From IMG/VR virus record IMGVR_UViG_3300025084_000004: a DNA stretch of 35,313 bases; one strand, 5' to 3'. A program made the translations under genes and the position numbers. The notes beneath the pieces were generated by a model. The model did not search any database and had not been told where the DNA came from. It worked only from the letters and a program-made list of their open reading frames with translations. The first letter of the stretch is position 1. The number at the start of each line of letters is the position of its first letter. This document shows, one piece after another, positions 33,179 through 35,313 of this stretch. This DNA is from a virus.

Positions 33179-33997
33179 CTATCCTATCAAATACGCTTGC
33201 AAATAAGTGTGAGCATTCCCCATAAACAAGGTAGTGGCATGAGTGTTTATGAACGTTATTTTATCGTTAGCATTTAGATTTAATATAATCTGCGAAAATA
33301 CTGTAGAAATCATTCCTGCATTCATGTGACCCATTCCTACAAGGGTACCGTTTACATGAATAACTAAACGACCATGACCACTATTGGTATTATTGTAAAT
33401 TTGACCGCTAACAGAATACAAACCATCTACAGGTACAGTGATTTCACCGTTGGTATTGTCATAGCTCATACCACCTTGTGCAAAACCATTTGTAGAAGTT
33501 TCGTAGTTAGCAGGAGGCAATACTGTATTTGCGCCTACTGATACGTTATTGTGGTTATTACCCATGCAAAGGATTGCTGGTTTAGATGGTTGGAAGATAC
33601 GCCCACTATCATCAATAGTCATAGCCGCAGTGCCGTTGCTTGCTCTAATACTGCCAACATCGAGGTTACCGCTGATGGCTATGTTGGTATCTAGCTTGGC
33701 TGATGTAACACTGCCATCCGTAGGCGTAACCACATTGCCTACATTGCCGAACACTCGCACAAAGTCGATGACATCTGATGACGATAGCGTGGCACCAACA
33801 GTCAGCGTGTTACCTGATAGGCTCATGGTAGAGCCAGCCTGTATCACGCCGTTGATGCTGACCAGTAGGTTGTTCACAGTCTCAGGGTAATATGCGGCAC
33901 CGCTTCTGGTTAATGTGTATGTGTCCGTGGCAGAGGCAGTCAGAGCATCTAGCTCAACAAACTCGCCAATGGTAGGTTGTTTACCTATATATGGCAT
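33179..33997 (-). CDS. Tail fibre with a shared N-terminal anchor and a C1q/TNF-like C-terminal domain (272 aa)
   Basis: AAGGAGA RBS. The N-terminus MPYIGKQP...PTDGSVTSAKLDTNI is homologous to that of the junction-spanning fibre. The C-terminal pattern is discussed in the findings. Confidence 0.75.
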   Translation of the reverse strand: MPYIGKQPTIGEFVELDALTASATDTYTLTRSGAAYYPETVNNLLVSINGVIQAGSTMSLSGNTLTVGATLSSSDVIDFVRVFGNVGNVVTPTDGSVTSAKLDTNIAISGNLDVGSIRASNGTAAMTIDDSGRIFQPSKPAILCMGNNHNNVSVGANTVLPPANYETSTNGFAQGGMSYDNTNGEITVPVDGLYSVSGQIYNNTNSGHGRLVIHVNGTLVGMGHMNAGMISTVFSQIILNLNANDKITFINTHATTLFMGNAHTYLQAYLIG

Positions 33998-34006
33998 GTT
34001 CTCTCC

Positions 34007-34342
34007 TTACGGTTTGTTAGGCCACACAACATCGTCTAATGATGTGTAGGTCAAAGGTATATTTCGTAATGCTATGCGGTACGCTAACTGTGCGTCTGTA
34101 GCAGCGGGTGTGTCTGATAGCGTCCAGTAATCCGTCTCAGCTAACAGGCGGTTACGCTCTGCCCGTAGTCTTTCTAGCTTGGCAACAACGTATAGTTCTG
34201 AAGCCTTAGTTTCCAGAGCGTCTAAATCTATTGTAATTGCATTGCCACCATCATCGAAAGCCTCATAGATTTGGTTCTCTCTGTCAACGCTTACGGTAAC
34301 TGCATTAGAATATAATTCGTAAATAGCTTCATCATACATCAT
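34007..34342 (-). CDS. Tail-fibre assembly chaperone-like protein (111 aa)
   Basis: The C-terminus RAERNRLLAETDYWTLSDTPAATDAQLAYRIALRNIP matches the usual R..LL..(T/S)DW....D.P......AYRQALRDIP chaperone motif. Confidence 0.65.
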   Translation of the reverse strand: MMYDEAIYELYSNAVTVSVDRENQIYEAFDDGGNAITIDLDALETKASELYVVAKLERLRAERNRLLAETDYWTLSDTPAATDAQLAYRIALRNIPLTYTSLDDVVWPNKP

Positions 34343-34872
34343 CCTGCAATCTCCATTAAAGTAATCAGCGTGGAATTATTAGTAACAAATCCATCGTGAT
34401 TTCTACCAATACGAGCCGTACCGCTTCCTGTTCTTCTGAAGTAAAGCTGATACCTAGTTGACGATGTAGTGTTTGGACTATCTAAAGCTGTTAAAGTGCC
34501 ACGGTCTAAAGAGTTATTCCAATTTGCATCAGCTTGGAATTTAGTTGAGCCACCTATGCCAGTGCTACCACGATAAATTCTGTATTCTGGTGGTCCGTTT
34601 GCTGAAGTTCCCATCATGAATGACATAGACACATATATGTCACTACTTGTTGATGAAGGTGTAATATCTAAATAAAGACCGCTTGAGTTATACGATGTGC
34701 TTGATGTCGATTTCTCAGTATTACTCACAAAATGCTTAACTTGTAGAACCTTGCCGCTTACACCAGCCCCTGTCACAGTGCCAGTAAACGCAAAGTCACT
34801 AGCAACGTCTAAAATTGTATTATCAACTGCGTCTGCTTCAAGAGCAGGTGTGTCTATTTTACTTAATGCCAT
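34339..34872 (-). CDS. Small receptor-binding/fibre-like protein, EIAG-terminal paralogue 2 (177 aa)
   Basis: TAATG coupling to the upstream fibre. See the paralogue at 32708..33169. Confidence 0.55.
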   Translation of the reverse strand: MALSKIDTPALEADAVDNTILDVASDFAFTGTVTGAGVSGKVLQVKHFVSNTEKSTSSTSYNSSGLYLDITPSSTSSDIYVSMSFMMGTSANGPPEYRIYRGSTGIGGSTKFQADANWNNSLDRGTLTALDSPNTTSSTRYQLYFRRTGSGTARIGRNHDGFVTNNSTLITLMEIAG

Positions 34873-35313
34873 TATGCTATCCTCACTACTGATAAAGATG
34901 TGACCGTGCCATCAAAGTTAGTAAAACTGCTTTGCGTTGAAATATTGTGAGCAAACCTATAAGTGCTTGCCGCATTGCCTACAGGATTACAGCTAGCTTT
35001 AAGTCTTATCTTTGTGCCAGATGAAGTTGCTTTGAATATTGTGCTTCTTTTGTGGTGATGACTTACCTCAAGCGCATCTGCGGCGTTTAAGGACCTAGTA
35101 AACTCACTAATCCGAGAATTAATAGAACTAAAATTGTCTGTGCTAAATTCTGCGGCAGAAGTTGAAGTGATGAGTTCGGCAGTACCTGCTGTGTCTGAAG
35201 TGATTGCCAAAGAATATTCAACCCAATACACTCCGTCTGAACTATCTAATTCGTAGCTGTTGGTAGAAGCGTCAAAGTTTGATTTAGTGTCATATTTAAC
35301 AGTGCCGTTAGTG
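34872..35313 (-). CDS. C-terminal part of the junction-spanning tail fibre (continues from 528..1)
   Basis: The frame is open to the window end. Nt 35202-35313 duplicate nt 1-112. The C-terminus ...DGVYWVEYSLAI...TSLSVVRIA is beta-rich. Confidence 0.8.
   Translation of the reverse strand, partial: TNGTVKYDTKSNFDASTNSYELDSSDGVYWVEYSLAITSDTAGTAELITSTSAAEFSTDNFSSINSRISEFTRSLNAADALEVSHHHKRSTIFKATSSGTKIRLKASCNPVGNAASTYRFAHNISTQSSFTNFDGTVTSLSVVRIA
35202..35313. repeat. Terminal overlap copy (identical to 1-112)
   Basis: Direct comparison of the two window ends. Confidence 0.95.

Noticed and set aside
1-35313. Looked for tRNA/rRNA genes, CRISPR arrays, an integrase or att sites, transposases, a reverse transcriptase (DGR) next to the fibre genes, and phage RNAP/DNAP.
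   Set aside because: No ORF or motif consistent with any of these was found by eye. The only repeats are short regulatory-type motifs and the terminal overlap. A computational scan (tRNAscan, profile HMMs) would be needed to exclude them formally.
35202-35313. The 112-nt terminal repeat as genuine direct terminal repeats of the virion DNA.
   Set aside because: The repeat lies in-frame in the middle of a fibre gene and simply closes the circle. An assembly overlap of a circular or permuted genome is more parsimonious.

Overview
The window is an essentially complete tailed-phage genome of about 35.2 kb. Its first 112 nt are identical to its last 112 nt, and the junction lies in-frame inside a tail-fibre gene, so this looks like a closed circular or circularly permuted assembly. 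Gene order is podovirus-like (T7-type portal, adaptor, nozzle and internal-protein order). I could not recognise any phage RNA polymerase, DNA polymerase, primase, helicase, integrase, tRNA or CRISPR array.

Late operon. One late operon of about 25.5 kb on the minus strand runs 20306 -> 1 and continues across the junction from 35313 -> 29962. In order it encodes:
- TerS and TerL
- an HlyC-like (RTX-toxin-activating type) lysine acyltransferase
- two Gly/Pro-rich small proteins
- portal, scaffold and major capsid protein, followed by a hairpin terminator
- adaptor and nozzle
- a GNAT-fold protein
- four internal/ejection proteins
- five fibre or receptor-binding proteins, a small virion-module protein and a fibre chaperone
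- a lysis region rich in membrane proteins
- a T4-type lysozyme, a PD-(D/E)xK nuclease and two lysine-rich mini-proteins

Most of these genes are joined by ATGA or TAATG overlaps.

Early/middle region (20307-29961), three operons:
- Plus strand, 20704-23514: a papain-like peptidase candidate, small unknown proteins, an acidic protein plus HTH pair, and an HNH endonuclease.
- Minus strand, 26952-23716: C5 DNA methyltransferase, a DUF6378-like protein, an HTH protein, a DnaJ-type zinc finger, a PAPS-reductase/PP-loop protein and an Hjc-like resolvase.
- Plus strand, 27159-29881: exonuclease, a Rad52-like annealing protein, and a 105-aa protein ending in the SSB tail DDDIPF.

Most unusual items:
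- the toxin-activating-type acyltransferase (plus a second GNAT-fold gene) inside the virion module
- an array of seven TGCTTAGC/GCTAAGCA motifs at a convergent operon junction
- the mini SSB-tail protein in a genome with no replication genes
- the methyltransferase/PP-loop operon
- the multi-gene receptor-binding locus

All family assignments come from reading motifs by eye. No searches were run.
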